DNA of 64,000 nt from Betaproteobacteria bacterium (GCA_016868035.1 VGID01000005.1:26017-90016); one strand, 5' to 3'. Positions 36,186 to 45,514 are shown, counted from the first letter of the stretch. Made by a program: numbers and translations. Notes: generated from the letters alone by a model not told the origin.

Positions 36186-37336
36186 GCGGGCTGCGCCGAG
36201 CAGCCGTCGCGGTAGTTGGTGCGGCCGAATCCGATCTGGGACAGGTCGCGCCCGACACCAGCCCGACCGACCTCATGGCGCAGGCGACGCAACGCGCGCT
36301 CGAGGACTGCGGGCTCGATCTCTCCGACGTGGACGCGGTGCTGTGCGCACATACGCAGTCGCGGATGTCGGCGCTGCAGCTGTGCGAATACCTGCGCATC
36401 AAGCCCCGCTACTTCGACAGCACGCAGATCGGGGGCTCTTCCTTCATGTCGCACCTCGCACACGCGCAGGCGGCGATCGAGCTCGGCATGTGCGAGGTGG
36501 CGCTGATTGCCTATGGCAGCACGCAGCGCTCGGTCTCGCGCGCGGCCGCCTCGCCGCGCGAAGTCAACCCGTACGAGACGCCCTACCGCCCGTTGCTGCC
36601 GACGAGCGCATATGCGCTGGCGGCCTCGCGCCACATGCATCTGTACGGCACGACGCGCGAGCAGCTCGCCGAGGTTGCCGTGGCGGCGCGCGAATGGGCG
36701 CTGATGAACCCCGTCGCGTGGGAGAAGGAACCGCTCACCATCGAGCAGGTGCTCGCGGCGCGCATGGTGAGCCATCCCCTCACCGTGCGCGACTGCTGCC
36801 TCGTCACTGACGGCGGCGGCGCCATCATCGTCACGTCCGCCGCGCGCGCGAAATCGCTGAAGAAAAAGCCGGTGTACGTTCTGGGCATGGGCGAAGCGAT
36901 CGGCCACGCCTCGATCTCGAACATGCCGGATCTTACCGTCACGGTCGCGGCCGAATCGGGACCGCGGGCGTTTGCGATGGCGGAGCTCAAGCCTGCCGAC
37001 GTGGGCATGCTCTCGCTCTATGACGCGTTCACCATCACACCCGTCCTTTTTCTGGAGGACCTTGGCTTCTGTCCCAAGGGAGAAGGCGGGCGCTTCGTCT
37101 CGAACAGAGCGATCGCGCCGCGAGGCAAACTCGCGGTCAACACGAGCGGCGGCGGATTGTCGTACTGCCACCCGGGCATGTACGGGCTGCTGGTGATCAT
37201 CGAAGCGGTGCGCCAGGTGCGCGGCGAGTGCGGCGCGCGCCAGGTCAAGAACTGCGAAGTCGCCCTCGCGCACGGCAACGGAGGCGTGCTTTCCAGCCAA
37301 TGCACTGTGATATTCGGCTCCGATGCAACGCTTTAA
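36182..37336 (+). CDS. thiolase-like protein (SCP-x / nonspecific lipid-transfer-type thiolase)
   Basis: 384 aa from MSGLRRAAVAVVGAAESDLG; C-terminal NTSGGGLSYCHPGMYG thiolase motif. Confidence 0.8.
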   Translation: MSGLRRAAVAVVGAAESDLGQVAPDTSPTDLMAQATQRALEDCGLDLSDVDAVLCAHTQSRMSALQLCEYLRIKPRYFDSTQIGGSSFMSHLAHAQAAIELGMCEVALIAYGSTQRSVSRAAASPREVNPYETPYRPLLPTSAYALAASRHMHLYGTTREQLAEVAVAAREWALMNPVAWEKEPLTIEQVLAARMVSHPLTVRDCCLVTDGGGAIIVTSAARAKSLKKKPVYVLGMGEAIGHASISNMPDLTVTVAAESGPRAFAMAELKPADVGMLSLYDAFTITPVLFLEDLGFCPKGEGGRFVSNRAIAPRGKLAVNTSGGGLSYCHPGMYGLLVIIEAVRQVRGECGARQVKNCEVALAHGNGGVLSSQCTVIFGSDATL

Positions 37337-37383
37337 CCGTGCGACGCGCGCCTGCACGGTCGCATCCCCACACACACTGCGCG

Positions 37384-37418
37384 GGTTACAAGTTCCGAGT
37401 TCAAGGTTCAAGGTTGAG
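37384..37418. repeat. heptamer array (A/G)GTTCAA-family x5
   Basis: ggttaca agttccg agttcaa ggttcaa ggttgag. Confidence 0.8.
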
Positions 37419-37443
37419 GATACTTGAGCACCCGGGGTGCCGG

Positions 37444-37471
37444 CTTTGAACTCGGAAACTGGAACTTCGAA
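37444..37471. repeat. inverted partner array CTTTGAA-family x4
   Basis: ctttgaa ctcggaa actggaa cttcgaa. Confidence 0.75.
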
Positions 37472-37589
37472 CGGGGCTCCGGGAGGCAAGCCTTGGTGTA
37501 AGGTAGAGGCTGCGAGGCCGACTGAGGGGAGCGCCGGTAGAGGGAATTTCCCGCGGTGCGCGGTGTCTTATCAGCAGCAAGGAGGAATT

Positions 37590-38159
37590 ATGACGCGCAG
37601 GGGTTTATTGCAGGGCATGCTGTTCGCGGGATTGTGGAAAGCGCTGACCGGACGTGTCGCGGCGGCGCAGGCGATTCCGTCCGACATGAAGGGCGTCGAG
37701 GCGCTGCAGAAGGGCTGGAGGAGTTTTCTGGCCGAGGGGCTAAAGATCCCGGCGCCCACCGAGCCGCTCAAGCTCGCGAGCGAGGAATGGCGCAAGCGGC
37801 TCACGCCCATGGAGTACGTGATCCTGCGCCAGGAAGGCACCGAGCGTGCCGGCACGAGCGGTCTCAACCACGAGAAGCGCGCCGGAATCTATGCGTGCGC
37901 CGGTTGCGGACTGCCGCTGTTCACTTCCGCCATGAAATACGACAGCGGCACCGGCTGGCCGAGCTTCTTCACCACGATACCGGGAGTGTTCGGCACCAAG
38001 ACCGACTACAAGCTCTTCCTGCCGCGCACCGAATATCACTGCATCCGCTGCGGCGGCCACCATGGCCACATCTTCGACGACGGGCCGCCGCCCACCGGCA
38101 AGCGCTGGTGCAACAACGGCATTGCGCTGAAGTTCATACCCAGGACCGGCAAGGCGTGA
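37590..38159 (+). CDS. msrB: peptide-methionine (R)-S-oxide reductase with twin-arginine signal peptide
   Basis: MTRRGLLQGMLFAGLWKALTGRVAAAQA (RR motif, AxA site), then a SelR domain with CAGCG...CIRCGGHHGH zinc cysteines and the catalytic RWCNNG. Confidence 0.85.
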   Translation: MTRRGLLQGMLFAGLWKALTGRVAAAQAIPSDMKGVEALQKGWRSFLAEGLKIPAPTEPLKLASEEWRKRLTPMEYVILRQEGTERAGTSGLNHEKRAGIYACAGCGLPLFTSAMKYDSGTGWPSFFTTIPGVFGTKTDYKLFLPRTEYHCIRCGGHHGHIFDDGPPPTGKRWCNNGIALKFIPRTGKA

Positions 38160-38332
38160 CCGATGCCGGCGCGGGTGCGCTAGCCCCGCAGCCAGGTTTC
38201 GCCGCGCGCTCCGGCGTAAGCGTTTCGTCGTGTGCCGCCAGCCGCAGCGCCATTCGGCCACCGGCATATATTCCTTCGAGTGGATAAGACTGTCCATCGG
38301 AAGCCGGCCTCCTCCCCGAGCGTCTCCGCACC

Positions 38333-38713
38333 ATGACTCCGAAGAAACCCGGTCCCGACCACGCACGCCTCGACCGCGTCGTGGCCGACGCGCGGCGCGC
38401 GCGGGAGATCCGCGAGAAAGGCTATCGCGAGCTGGCGCTCAAGATGTATCCGTGGGTCTGCGGGCGCTGCGCGCGGGAGTTCACGCGCGCGAACGTGCAG
38501 CTGCTCGAAGTCCATCACCGCGACCACAACCACGACAACAACCCGCCCGACGGCAGCAACTGGGAGCTGCTGTGCACCTACTGCCACGAAAACGAGCACC
38601 GGCGCTTTCTCGACAGCACCGGACCCGGCGCGGAGGGGGAAAAGCAGTCGCAGGCGACTTTCCGGCCGTTCGAAGCGCTCGACGCGCTCTTGAAGAAGAA
38701 GCGTGATCCGTGA
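38333..38713 (+). CDS. yajD: YajD-family HNH nuclease
   Basis: YPWVCGRCAREF...LEVHHRDHNHDNNPPDGSNWELLCTYCHENEH. The stop TGA (38711-38713) lies in a heptamer array. Confidence 0.8.
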   Translation: MTPKKPGPDHARLDRVVADARRAREIREKGYRELALKMYPWVCGRCAREFTRANVQLLEVHHRDHNHDNNPPDGSNWELLCTYCHENEHRRFLDSTGPGAEGEKQSQATFRPFEALDALLKKKRDP

Positions 38714-38736
38714 ATCGTGAGTCGTGAGTCGTGAGT
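38702..38736. repeat. heptamer array CGTGAGT/CGTGAAT x5
   Basis: cgtgatc cgtgaat cgtgagt cgtgagt cgtgagt. Confidence 0.9.
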
Positions 38737-38752
38737 TGTTGGACGCTTCCCC

Positions 38753-38808
38753 GACTCACTCCTCAATCCTCAATCCTCAATCCTCGATCCTCAATCCTCA
38801 CTCCTCGA
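38753..38808. repeat. heptamer array TCCTCAA x8
   Basis: gactcac tcctcaa x3 tcctcga tcctcaa tcctcac tcctcga; lies between convergent yajD and aminotransferase genes. Confidence 0.9.
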
Positions 38809-38828
38809 CAACACCCACGGGCGCGCGC

Positions 38829-40244
38829 CTATTCGGCCATTGCCGCTGATTTCGCTACGGAAATCCGGGGCAACCGCTCCTCCGCCTTCAGGTCGCGCAG
38901 CGATTGCCGCCAGGCAGCGATTGTCGCATCGACATCCGCCTGCGTGTGAGCGGCGGAGACGATCCCGCCGCGGAATCCCTTGAGATCCACGCCGTGCACC
39001 AGCATGGCGAGCCGCAGCTTCGCGAGCATGCGCTCATCCTTGCCCTTGAGCGAGTCCGGGGTCAGGGTCGATGGGTCGAAGGTCATGGGGCGTAGGTCCT
39101 CGCCCGCCGGGTTCGAATGCAGGTGAAAGAAGGAATGCTCTCCATAAATTGCCCACGGAATGCCTTCTTCGTCGAGGACCTCGTTCATCCTGCGCCGCAG
39201 TGCCGACGCCACGGACGAAGCGCGCGCGCAGGCGTCCGAGCTACGGATGATGTCCAGCGTTGCGATGCCGGCTGCGGCGCTCAGCGGGTGGGCATTGTGC
39301 GTGCCCTGGTGGTTGATACGCTCGCGCTTCGCGGCGGCCGACGCGTCGAAATCGATCCATTCGAGTATGTCCCGGCGGCCGCCGACGACGCCGCCCGGCA
39401 TGCCACCGGCGACGACCTTGGCCATGGTGGTGAGATCGGGCGTTACTCCGAGCAGAGCCTGCGCGCCGCCCGGATGGACGCGGAAGCCCGTCACAACCTC
39501 GTCGAAGATCAACAACGCGCCGTAGCGCTGCGTGAGCTCGCGCAGCGCCTTGAGCACCGAAGGCGGGGTCGGGATCATGCCCGAGCTGCTGCCGATCGGC
39601 TCGACGATGAGGGCAGCCACGTCCTTGCCGCCTGCGAGAACCCGCTCGACTGCCGCGACGTCGTTCGGCGCCAGCAGCGCCGCGTTCGCGGCGACTTCCG
39701 GCAGCACGCCGGCGCTCGCCGAACCGTCCAGGTGCTCGGTTACGCCGAACGAAACCTGGTCGTGCCAGCCGTGAAAATGCGTCTGGAACCGCACGATGCG
39801 CGGGCGGCCGGTCGTGGCGCGCGCGAGCCGGATCGCGAGCATCGTCGCTTCGGTTCCGGAGGAAGTGAAGCGCACGCACTCCGCAGAAGGCACCATGTCC
39901 TTGATGCGGCGGGCCCACTCGATCTCGAGCTCGTTCGCGGCCGCCAGATGCATCCCCTTGCCGGCCTGTGCTCGAACCGCCTCCAAGACCGCCGGATGCT
40001 GGTGCCCGAGAAGCAACGCGCCGTGGCCGCCGTAGTAGTCGATGTACTCGTTGCCATCCACGTCCCATTTGCGGGAACCCGCACCGCGATCCCCGTATAT
40101 GCCGTAGGGCCAGGTCCGGCGCGAGTCGTGCACAATCCCGCTGGGCAGAAGCTCCAGCGCTTGCTCGTACAGTTTCGCCGCACGGGGCGTGCGGGCGCGG
40201 TAGGCCGCGAGGATTTTCGATTCGGATGCGTTACTCTGTGCCAT
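38829..40244 (-). CDS. class III PLP-dependent aminotransferase (glutamate-1-semialdehyde aminomutase-like)
   Basis: 471 aa from MAQSNASESK; GGHGALLLGHQHP, FTSSGTEATM and LIFDEVVTGFR. Confidence 0.8.
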   Translation of the reverse strand: MAQSNASESKILAAYRARTPRAAKLYEQALELLPSGIVHDSRRTWPYGIYGDRGAGSRKWDVDGNEYIDYYGGHGALLLGHQHPAVLEAVRAQAGKGMHLAAANELEIEWARRIKDMVPSAECVRFTSSGTEATMLAIRLARATTGRPRIVRFQTHFHGWHDQVSFGVTEHLDGSASAGVLPEVAANAALLAPNDVAAVERVLAGGKDVAALIVEPIGSSSGMIPTPPSVLKALRELTQRYGALLIFDEVVTGFRVHPGGAQALLGVTPDLTTMAKVVAGGMPGGVVGGRRDILEWIDFDASAAAKRERINHQGTHNAHPLSAAAGIATLDIIRSSDACARASSVASALRRRMNEVLDEEGIPWAIYGEHSFFHLHSNPAGEDLRPMTFDPSTLTPDSLKGKDERMLAKLRLAMLVHGVDLKGFRGGIVSAAHTQADVDATIAAWRQSLRDLKAEERLPRISVAKSAAMAE

Positions 40245-40322
40245 CGAAGGTTTCCTTTGTCGGATTCGGTCGGCCCGTTGCGCGGCTTGGCGCGGCCAGA
40301 ATACCGCGCCGACCACAGTGTA

Positions 40323-41060
40323 TCAAACCGCGACGAGCGTCACGCCGGACACCAGCAGCAGGACGAGCACGACCTTGCGGAAACCTGCCTCGTCGAGGCG
40401 TCCGTAGGACTTCCACCCGAGCCACGTGCCCACGATCAGGGCCGGCAGGCCGACGACGAACAGTCGGCCGACGTCTGCGGTGAGCGTGCCCGCCCCGCCG
40501 AGCCAGAGGATGGTCATGAGGAACGTCGCGACCGCGGTCGGCTGGAACACGGCGCGTTGCTCGTCCTTCGTCCATCCGCGAAACCCGCACCAGATGGTCG
40601 GCAGGATGCCGCCGAGACCGGTCGCTCCGCCAAGGATTCCGTTGGAGATGCCAACGACGCCGTCGATAATGGAGCGCTCTCCCTTCACGACAGGCAGTAT
40701 GGGGCGTGCGAAGTTGTAGAGACTGAACGCGATGAGCAGCGAACCCACCGCAATGCGAAGATCCGACGGCGACGCCCATTTCAGAACGACGACACCCGCG
40801 GGGATGCCGATGGCGCTGCCGGCGATGAACGGCATGAGCCTGCTCATGTTCAGGTTGTTCCGCAGCTTCCAGACCGCGTAGCCCTGCACGAGGAACGCGT
40901 ACGCGACGATCAAGGCGGTGGTCTGGACCGGCGTCAGGGTATGCAGCCAGATCGCCGCCGCGACCATCCCGAACGCAAAACCGGCGAGGCCGGTGACGTA
41001 GGCCGCGGCAAATGTGCCGGTCAGGAAGATCGAGAGCTCAACGGACATTATCGTTCCCAT
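40323..41060 (-). CDS. TauE/SafE-family sulfite exporter-like membrane protein
   Basis: 245 aa, multi-TM, with duplicated GxxGGxxG-type segments (GILGGATGLGG). Confidence 0.75.
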   Translation of the reverse strand: MGTIMSVELSIFLTGTFAAAYVTGLAGFAFGMVAAAIWLHTLTPVQTTALIVAYAFLVQGYAVWKLRNNLNMSRLMPFIAGSAIGIPAGVVVLKWASPSDLRIAVGSLLIAFSLYNFARPILPVVKGERSIIDGVVGISNGILGGATGLGGILPTIWCGFRGWTKDEQRAVFQPTAVATFLMTILWLGGAGTLTADVGRLFVVGLPALIVGTWLGWKSYGRLDEAGFRKVVLVLLLVSGVTLVAV

Positions 41061-41140
41061 GTCGTACCGTCCTCATGAACTATGAACTCGTATCGAAAAG
41101 ACGCTCAAACCGCCGATGAACGCGGATAACAATCCCGTCA

Positions 41141-41989
41141 TTAGTTGTGCGTCTCCTCGGTCGCGTCCCTGCACCAGCGGTAGAACGCGTCGTAGAGCGG
41201 CATCGCCGCCTCGAGCTGCGCGAGGTCGTCGCGATACATCCGGGAAAATCCGAGCGATGCCGCGAGCAGGCCGGCGCACTGGGAACTGAGATCGAGCCGC
41301 CCGGTGTCCGCTCCCCGGATGATCCGGGCCAGCCGCGAGAGGACGTCGGTATCGAGCCCCAGCTCCTCGAGCATGACGTCGAAGGTGCACTTCTCCCGGC
41401 GATCGCCCCAGAACGCGTTATCCACGTCGAAGGGGGTCGCGCTGAACTTCTTCGCGACGCCCGCCACTTCCGGGGGCGCCACGTACAGGAATACGGCCCC
41501 GGGGTCGACGAATCTCCGGATCAGCCACGGACAGGCAATGCGGACGATCTTGGGCCGTGCCCGCGTGACCCAGACGGTGCGTCCGGCTTCATTGAACGGA
41601 GGCAGTCGTTCGGTGCGCAAGAGCGGTTGGCCGCCCTCGCGCCAGGCCCCGTGCCCACCTTCCAGCGTCTGGGCGCCGATTCCCGCGTGCCGCAGCCAGG
41701 CGGCGGTGCCCTGGCTGAGGCTCGCGCCGTGCTGGCAGCTGACGATCACGGTTTGGCCGGTGTACTCGCTCGCCCAGCGCGCGACGTCGCCGGCGTCGCG
41801 CCGGCGCGCGGTGGGAATCAGGCGGGGATCGGCCCCGAAATCCTCCTCGGTACGCACGTCGACGACGGCGGGTGCGCCGGGAAGACCGATCAGGCGGGAC
41901 AGCTGCGGGACGGTAATCTGCGACGGCGACGGCACGGCATCCACCTCAAGCGGCAGGGCTTGGACGCGATGCTCCGGCTGTCGCCTCAC
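41141..41989 (-). CDS. rhodanese-domain / ChrB C-terminal-domain fusion protein
   Basis: The N-terminal half is rhodanese-like (VVDVRTEEDF...VIVSCQHGASLSQG). The C-terminal half matches the chromate-resistance ChrB_C pattern (WVTRARPKIVRIACPWLIRRFVDP). Confidence 0.6.
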   Translation of the reverse strand: MRRQPEHRVQALPLEVDAVPSPSQITVPQLSRLIGLPGAPAVVDVRTEEDFGADPRLIPTARRRDAGDVARWASEYTGQTVIVSCQHGASLSQGTAAWLRHAGIGAQTLEGGHGAWREGGQPLLRTERLPPFNEAGRTVWVTRARPKIVRIACPWLIRRFVDPGAVFLYVAPPEVAGVAKKFSATPFDVDNAFWGDRREKCTFDVMLEELGLDTDVLSRLARIIRGADTGRLDLSSQCAGLLAASLGFSRMYRDDLAQLEAAMPLYDAFYRWCRDATEETHN

Positions 41990-42143
41990 GGGGTGATCGC
42001 GATCAACCCCGTGCGGAAATTTGACAGGAACCTCAATTCATTGTCAAGGCGGCGCTTTTGATTTGACGTCACATCCAGTAAACCGCCGCGGGCGCACACG
42101 CGAATCCGCGCGTCCCGTCTTGGCGGCGTTCTGAATTTTTAAC

Positions 42144-42199
42144 CCTCAGTCCTCGATCCTCAGTCCTCAATCCTCAGTCCTCAATCCTCGTTCCTCGCC
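42144..42199. repeat. heptamer array CCTCAGT/CCTCAAT x8
   Basis: cctcagt cctcgat cctcagt cctcaat cctcagt cctcaat cctcgtt cctcgcc; contains the stop codon (42167-42169) and last codons of the minus-strand ORF. Confidence 0.9.
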
Positions 42200-43306
42200 A
42201 CTCGCGCCGAGCTTCACCCACAGCGGAATGACCGCGAGCGCCACGCCGATATTGAGCGCGATCCACGTCCCGCGGTGCGGAAGCCGCGCGGGAGGCGTCG
42301 CCTCGACGAGCCAGGTGCCGATGCCGATCAGCAGACCGAACACGGTCACGGCGCACAGCGCGGTCGCGCCCAACCCCCGCGCGCGCTGCACGAGCGGCGC
42401 GCGCGCATCCATTCCTGCTTCCCGCGCGACGGGGCCCCAGAAGCCGGGCGGCCGCACCTTGAGGTAGAACGCGCGCAGCGACGAGGCCTCGGCCGCGGCG
42501 GTCCACAGCGAGGCGCACGCCGCCGCCGCCGTCGAGCCCGCCGCGACGAGGAGCATGCGCAGCGGAGCGTAGTCTTCGGGAATCAGGGCGAGCGCGACGG
42601 GCACCAGAACCGCGGAAGCGCCGATCGCCGCGACCTCGCCCCACGCCGTGATGCGCCACCACACCCAGCGCAGCACCAGCACCACGCCCACTCCCGCCCC
42701 CAGCAGCAGGCTCAGCTCCCACGCGAGCTTGATCGAGTCGAGCCGCGCCATGACGGCGAGCGCAATCGCGAGGATGAGCACGTTCGACAGCCGCGCCACC
42801 CACACCAGAGAGCGCCCGCTCGGCTCCACGCCGCGCCAGCCGCAGAGGTAGCGCTTGTAGATGTCGTTCGCCCAGTACGAGGCCCCCCAGTTGAGGTGAG
42901 TATCCACGGTGGAAGCGAGCGCGGCGATCAATGCGGTCAGCATGATGAGGCTCCTCACGAGGACCTGTGCATAGGTGAACACCAGCGCGGCGCCGCGCCC
43001 GCCGTAGCGCAGCTCGGCGAGTTCCGCGTCCGTGAGCACCCCGGCCCGGCGCCAGCACGCCGCGAGCACGAAGGCAAGCAGCAGGAAAGCGAGCGCGTAG
43101 ATCCACGGCCGCCACAGCGCGAAGATGCCGCCCACGGCAACCAGGCCGGCGACGAGCAGAGGCGTATCGGCGGCGAATTGCGTGGCCGCCATGCTGATGA
43201 CCGCCTGCCAGCCGGTGAGGCTCCGGCCCGCGAGAAAATACTGCTCCGGACCGGCAGACGCCTGGCGCCGGCGCGTTGCTCCCCACCGCGCTATTTTCCG
43301 CGGCAC
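42167..43306 (-). CDS. sodium:solute symporter-family membrane protein, apparently truncated (TM1 and central helices missing); possible relic
   Basis: EQYFLAGRSLTGW and ELRYGGRG (N-terminal SSS landmarks) are followed about 25 aa later by STVDTHLNWGASYWANDIYKRYL. In full-length SSS proteins this is a late-helix landmark normally about 200 aa downstream. Confidence 0.45.
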   Translation of the reverse strand: MPRKIARWGATRRRQASAGPEQYFLAGRSLTGWQAVISMAATQFAADTPLLVAGLVAVGGIFALWRPWIYALAFLLLAFVLAACWRRAGVLTDAELAELRYGGRGAALVFTYAQVLVRSLIMLTALIAALASTVDTHLNWGASYWANDIYKRYLCGWRGVEPSGRSLVWVARLSNVLILAIALAVMARLDSIKLAWELSLLLGAGVGVVLVLRWVWWRITAWGEVAAIGASAVLVPVALALIPEDYAPLRMLLVAAGSTAAAACASLWTAAAEASSLRAFYLKVRPPGFWGPVAREAGMDARAPLVQRARGLGATALCAVTVFGLLIGIGTWLVEATPPARLPHRGTWIALNIGVALAVIPLWVKLGASGEERGLRTED

Positions 43307-43322
43307 GTTCTATAATCGGCAC

Positions 43323-43832
43323 ATGTCGCGCAAACTGGAATTCCGGCTCGCCGTACCGGCCGACGCGTACGAGATCGCCATCATGTCGCGCTACCTGATC
43401 GAGGTCGGGCTGCGCGGCTGGACCTGGCCGCCCGAGCGGGTAACGAAGGCGATCCGCGCCCGCGACACCAACGTACTGGTAGGGGCGGCCGCGGACAATC
43501 TCGTCGCCTTCGGGATCATGGAGTTCGGGGACGCCACGGCGCATCTCAGCCTGCTCGCAGTCAAGCCTTCGCACCAGCGCTGCGGAATCGGCCGCCAGAT
43601 GATGGCGTGGCTCGAGGAAGCCGCGCTCGTGGCCGGCATCACCAGGATCAGCCTGGAGCTGCGCACGAACAATTTCGCCGCGCGCACCTTCTACCGCATG
43701 CTGGGTTACAAGGAGATTTCCTACATCCCCGGCTACTACCGGGGCGTGGAGACCGCGGTGAGGATGTCGCGCGACATTCGCCGCGTTACTCCCGGCCGCG
43801 TCAGCGACCCGCTGCGCGGAAGCAACGCGTGA
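43323..43832 (+). CDS. GNAT-family N-acetyltransferase (RimI-like)
   Basis: LLAVKPSHQRCGIGRQMMAWLEEAA acetyl-CoA-binding motif; 169 aa. Confidence 0.8.
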   Translation: MSRKLEFRLAVPADAYEIAIMSRYLIEVGLRGWTWPPERVTKAIRARDTNVLVGAAADNLVAFGIMEFGDATAHLSLLAVKPSHQRCGIGRQMMAWLEEAALVAGITRISLELRTNNFAARTFYRMLGYKEISYIPGYYRGVETAVRMSRDIRRVTPGRVSDPLRGSNA

Positions 43833-43942
43833 CCGGGGCTGGCGCCAGTGTCCAGCGACGGGCGGCTCCGTGACTGAGTGATCAGGCGATCAAGTGGTTC
43901 AGCCGGCCCTCTATACTTAATCACGCAATCACCGGGTTTCGC

Positions 43943-43977
43943 CTTCAATCCTCAGTCCTCAGTCCTCAATCCTGAAT
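43943..43977. repeat. heptamer array CCTCAGT/CCTCAAT x5
   Basis: cttcaat cctcagt cctcagt cctcaat cctgaat; ends 10 nt before ATG 43987. Confidence 0.9.
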
Positions 43978-43986
43978 AGGTAGCCC

Positions 43987-44664
43987 ATGAGCCCTTCATT
44001 CTGGATCGTTTTCTGGTGGGTGGCGTTCGCCGGGACCCACATGCTGCTTTCTTCGCCGCGCATGCGCCCGGTGCTCATCGCGCGCCTCGGCGAAAAGCCG
44101 TTCCTGGGCGTGTACACGCTGATTTCATTCGCCACCTTCGTACCGCTGGTCTGGGTTTACCTCAGCAACCGGCACGTGGACGGGCTGCTGTGGAGCCTCG
44201 TCGGGCTGCCGGGGATGCCGCAGTTCGCCGCGCTGCTCTCGGTGCTTGGCATCGCGCTCGTGGTCGGCGCGGTCGCACAGCCGAGCCCCGCGCTGGCCGG
44301 GATGACCAAGGCGCGCGGCTCGCGCGGACTTACCCGCATCACCCGCCACCCGCTTTTCATGGGCATCGCGTTGTGGTCGCTGGGCCACCTGCTGATCAAC
44401 GGTTTTGCGACCGACGTGCTGTTCTTCGGCGGCATGGCCGCATTCAGCCTCGTCGGCGCCGCGCATCAGGATGCGCGCAAGCGCATCGCGGAGCGCGAAC
44501 GGCTGGGACAGTTCTACACGGAGACGTCGTTCTGGCCATTCGGCGCGATACTGGCGGGCCGTAACCGGCTCGTCTGGTCGGAGCTGCCCTGGATCTCGCT
44601 CGGATTCGGGATCGTGGCCGCAATCGGTCTCTACGCGCTGCATCCGTGGATGTTTGCCCGGTAG
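43987..44664 (+). CDS. NnrU-family membrane protein
   Basis: 225 aa, multi-TM; TRITRHPLFMGIALWSLGHLL resembles the NnrU/ICMT-like motif. Confidence 0.55.
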   Translation: MSPSFWIVFWWVAFAGTHMLLSSPRMRPVLIARLGEKPFLGVYTLISFATFVPLVWVYLSNRHVDGLLWSLVGLPGMPQFAALLSVLGIALVVGAVAQPSPALAGMTKARGSRGLTRITRHPLFMGIALWSLGHLLINGFATDVLFFGGMAAFSLVGAAHQDARKRIAERERLGQFYTETSFWPFGAILAGRNRLVWSELPWISLGFGIVAAIGLYALHPWMFAR

Positions 44665-44674
44665 CCAAGAACGC

Positions 44675-44709
44675 GTGACGCAGTGACGGCTGACGACTGA
44701 CGAGCACGC
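44675..44709. repeat. heptamer array NNTGACG x5
   Basis: gtgacgc agtgacg gctgacg actgacg agcacgc. Confidence 0.8.
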
Positions 44710-44766
44710 CCTCGTGAATCGCCAAGCAATGCGCGCCTCTCGTCTCTCGCCCTTCGTCTCTCGAAT

Positions 44767-45480
44767 ATGGTGCTGACAGACATCAAGGCGCTGACCTTCG
44801 ACACCTTCGGCACGGTGGTGGACTGGCGCACGAGCATCATCGAGGATTTCCGCGCATTCGGAAAAAGGAAGAGCCTCAAGGTGGACTGGGAAGCCTTCGT
44901 GGACGAATGGAAGGAATGCTACCGTCCCGGCATGGACCAGGTGCGCAGCGGGAAATGGCCGTGGACCACGGTGGACCGGATCTACCGCAAGAAGCTCGAC
45001 GAGATGCTGCCGCGTTACGCCCTCGACGGCCTGAGCGAAGAGGAGAAAACGCGCCTCAACCGCGCCTGGCACCGGCTCGCACCGTGGCCCGACGCGGTCG
45101 CGGGCCTCGCGCGGCTGAAGAAGAAATACATCATCTCGCCGCTTTCCAACGGAGACGTGGCCTGCCTCACCAACATGGCGAAGCACGGGGGCCTGCCGTG
45201 GGACGTCATCCTGTGCGCGGAGATCTTCAAGCACTACAAGCCCGACCCCGAGGTCTATCGAGGAGCGATCCGGCTTCTCGGACTGGAGCCACATCAGGTG
45301 ATGATGGTCGCCGCACACAACTACGACCTCAAGAACGCGCGCTCGCACGGGATGCGCACCGCGTTCGTCGCGCGCCCGAGCGAGTACGGCCCGAACCAGA
45401 AAACGAATCTCCAGGCCGAGGAGGACTGGGACGTCGTTGCCAGGGATTTCGGAGAGCTCGCGAGCGCGCTCGGCGCCTGA
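44767..45480 (+). CDS. haloacid dehalogenase type II (HAD superfamily)
   Basis: ALTFDTFGTVVDW nucleophile motif, LSNGD, and KHYKPDPEVY. Confidence 0.8.
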   Translation: MVLTDIKALTFDTFGTVVDWRTSIIEDFRAFGKRKSLKVDWEAFVDEWKECYRPGMDQVRSGKWPWTTVDRIYRKKLDEMLPRYALDGLSEEEKTRLNRAWHRLAPWPDAVAGLARLKKKYIISPLSNGDVACLTNMAKHGGLPWDVILCAEIFKHYKPDPEVYRGAIRLLGLEPHQVMMVAAHNYDLKNARSHGMRTAFVARPSEYGPNQKTNLQAEEDWDVVARDFGELASALGA

Positions 45481-45514
45481 CGTGCGCCGCGCCCGCAACG
45501 GGAGCACGCCCAGG

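Noticed and set aside
43323-43832. GNAT acetyltransferase as the toxin of a GNAT/RHH toxin-antitoxin pair
   Set aside because: No small DNA-binding antitoxin gene is adjacent, and the sequence looks RimI-like.
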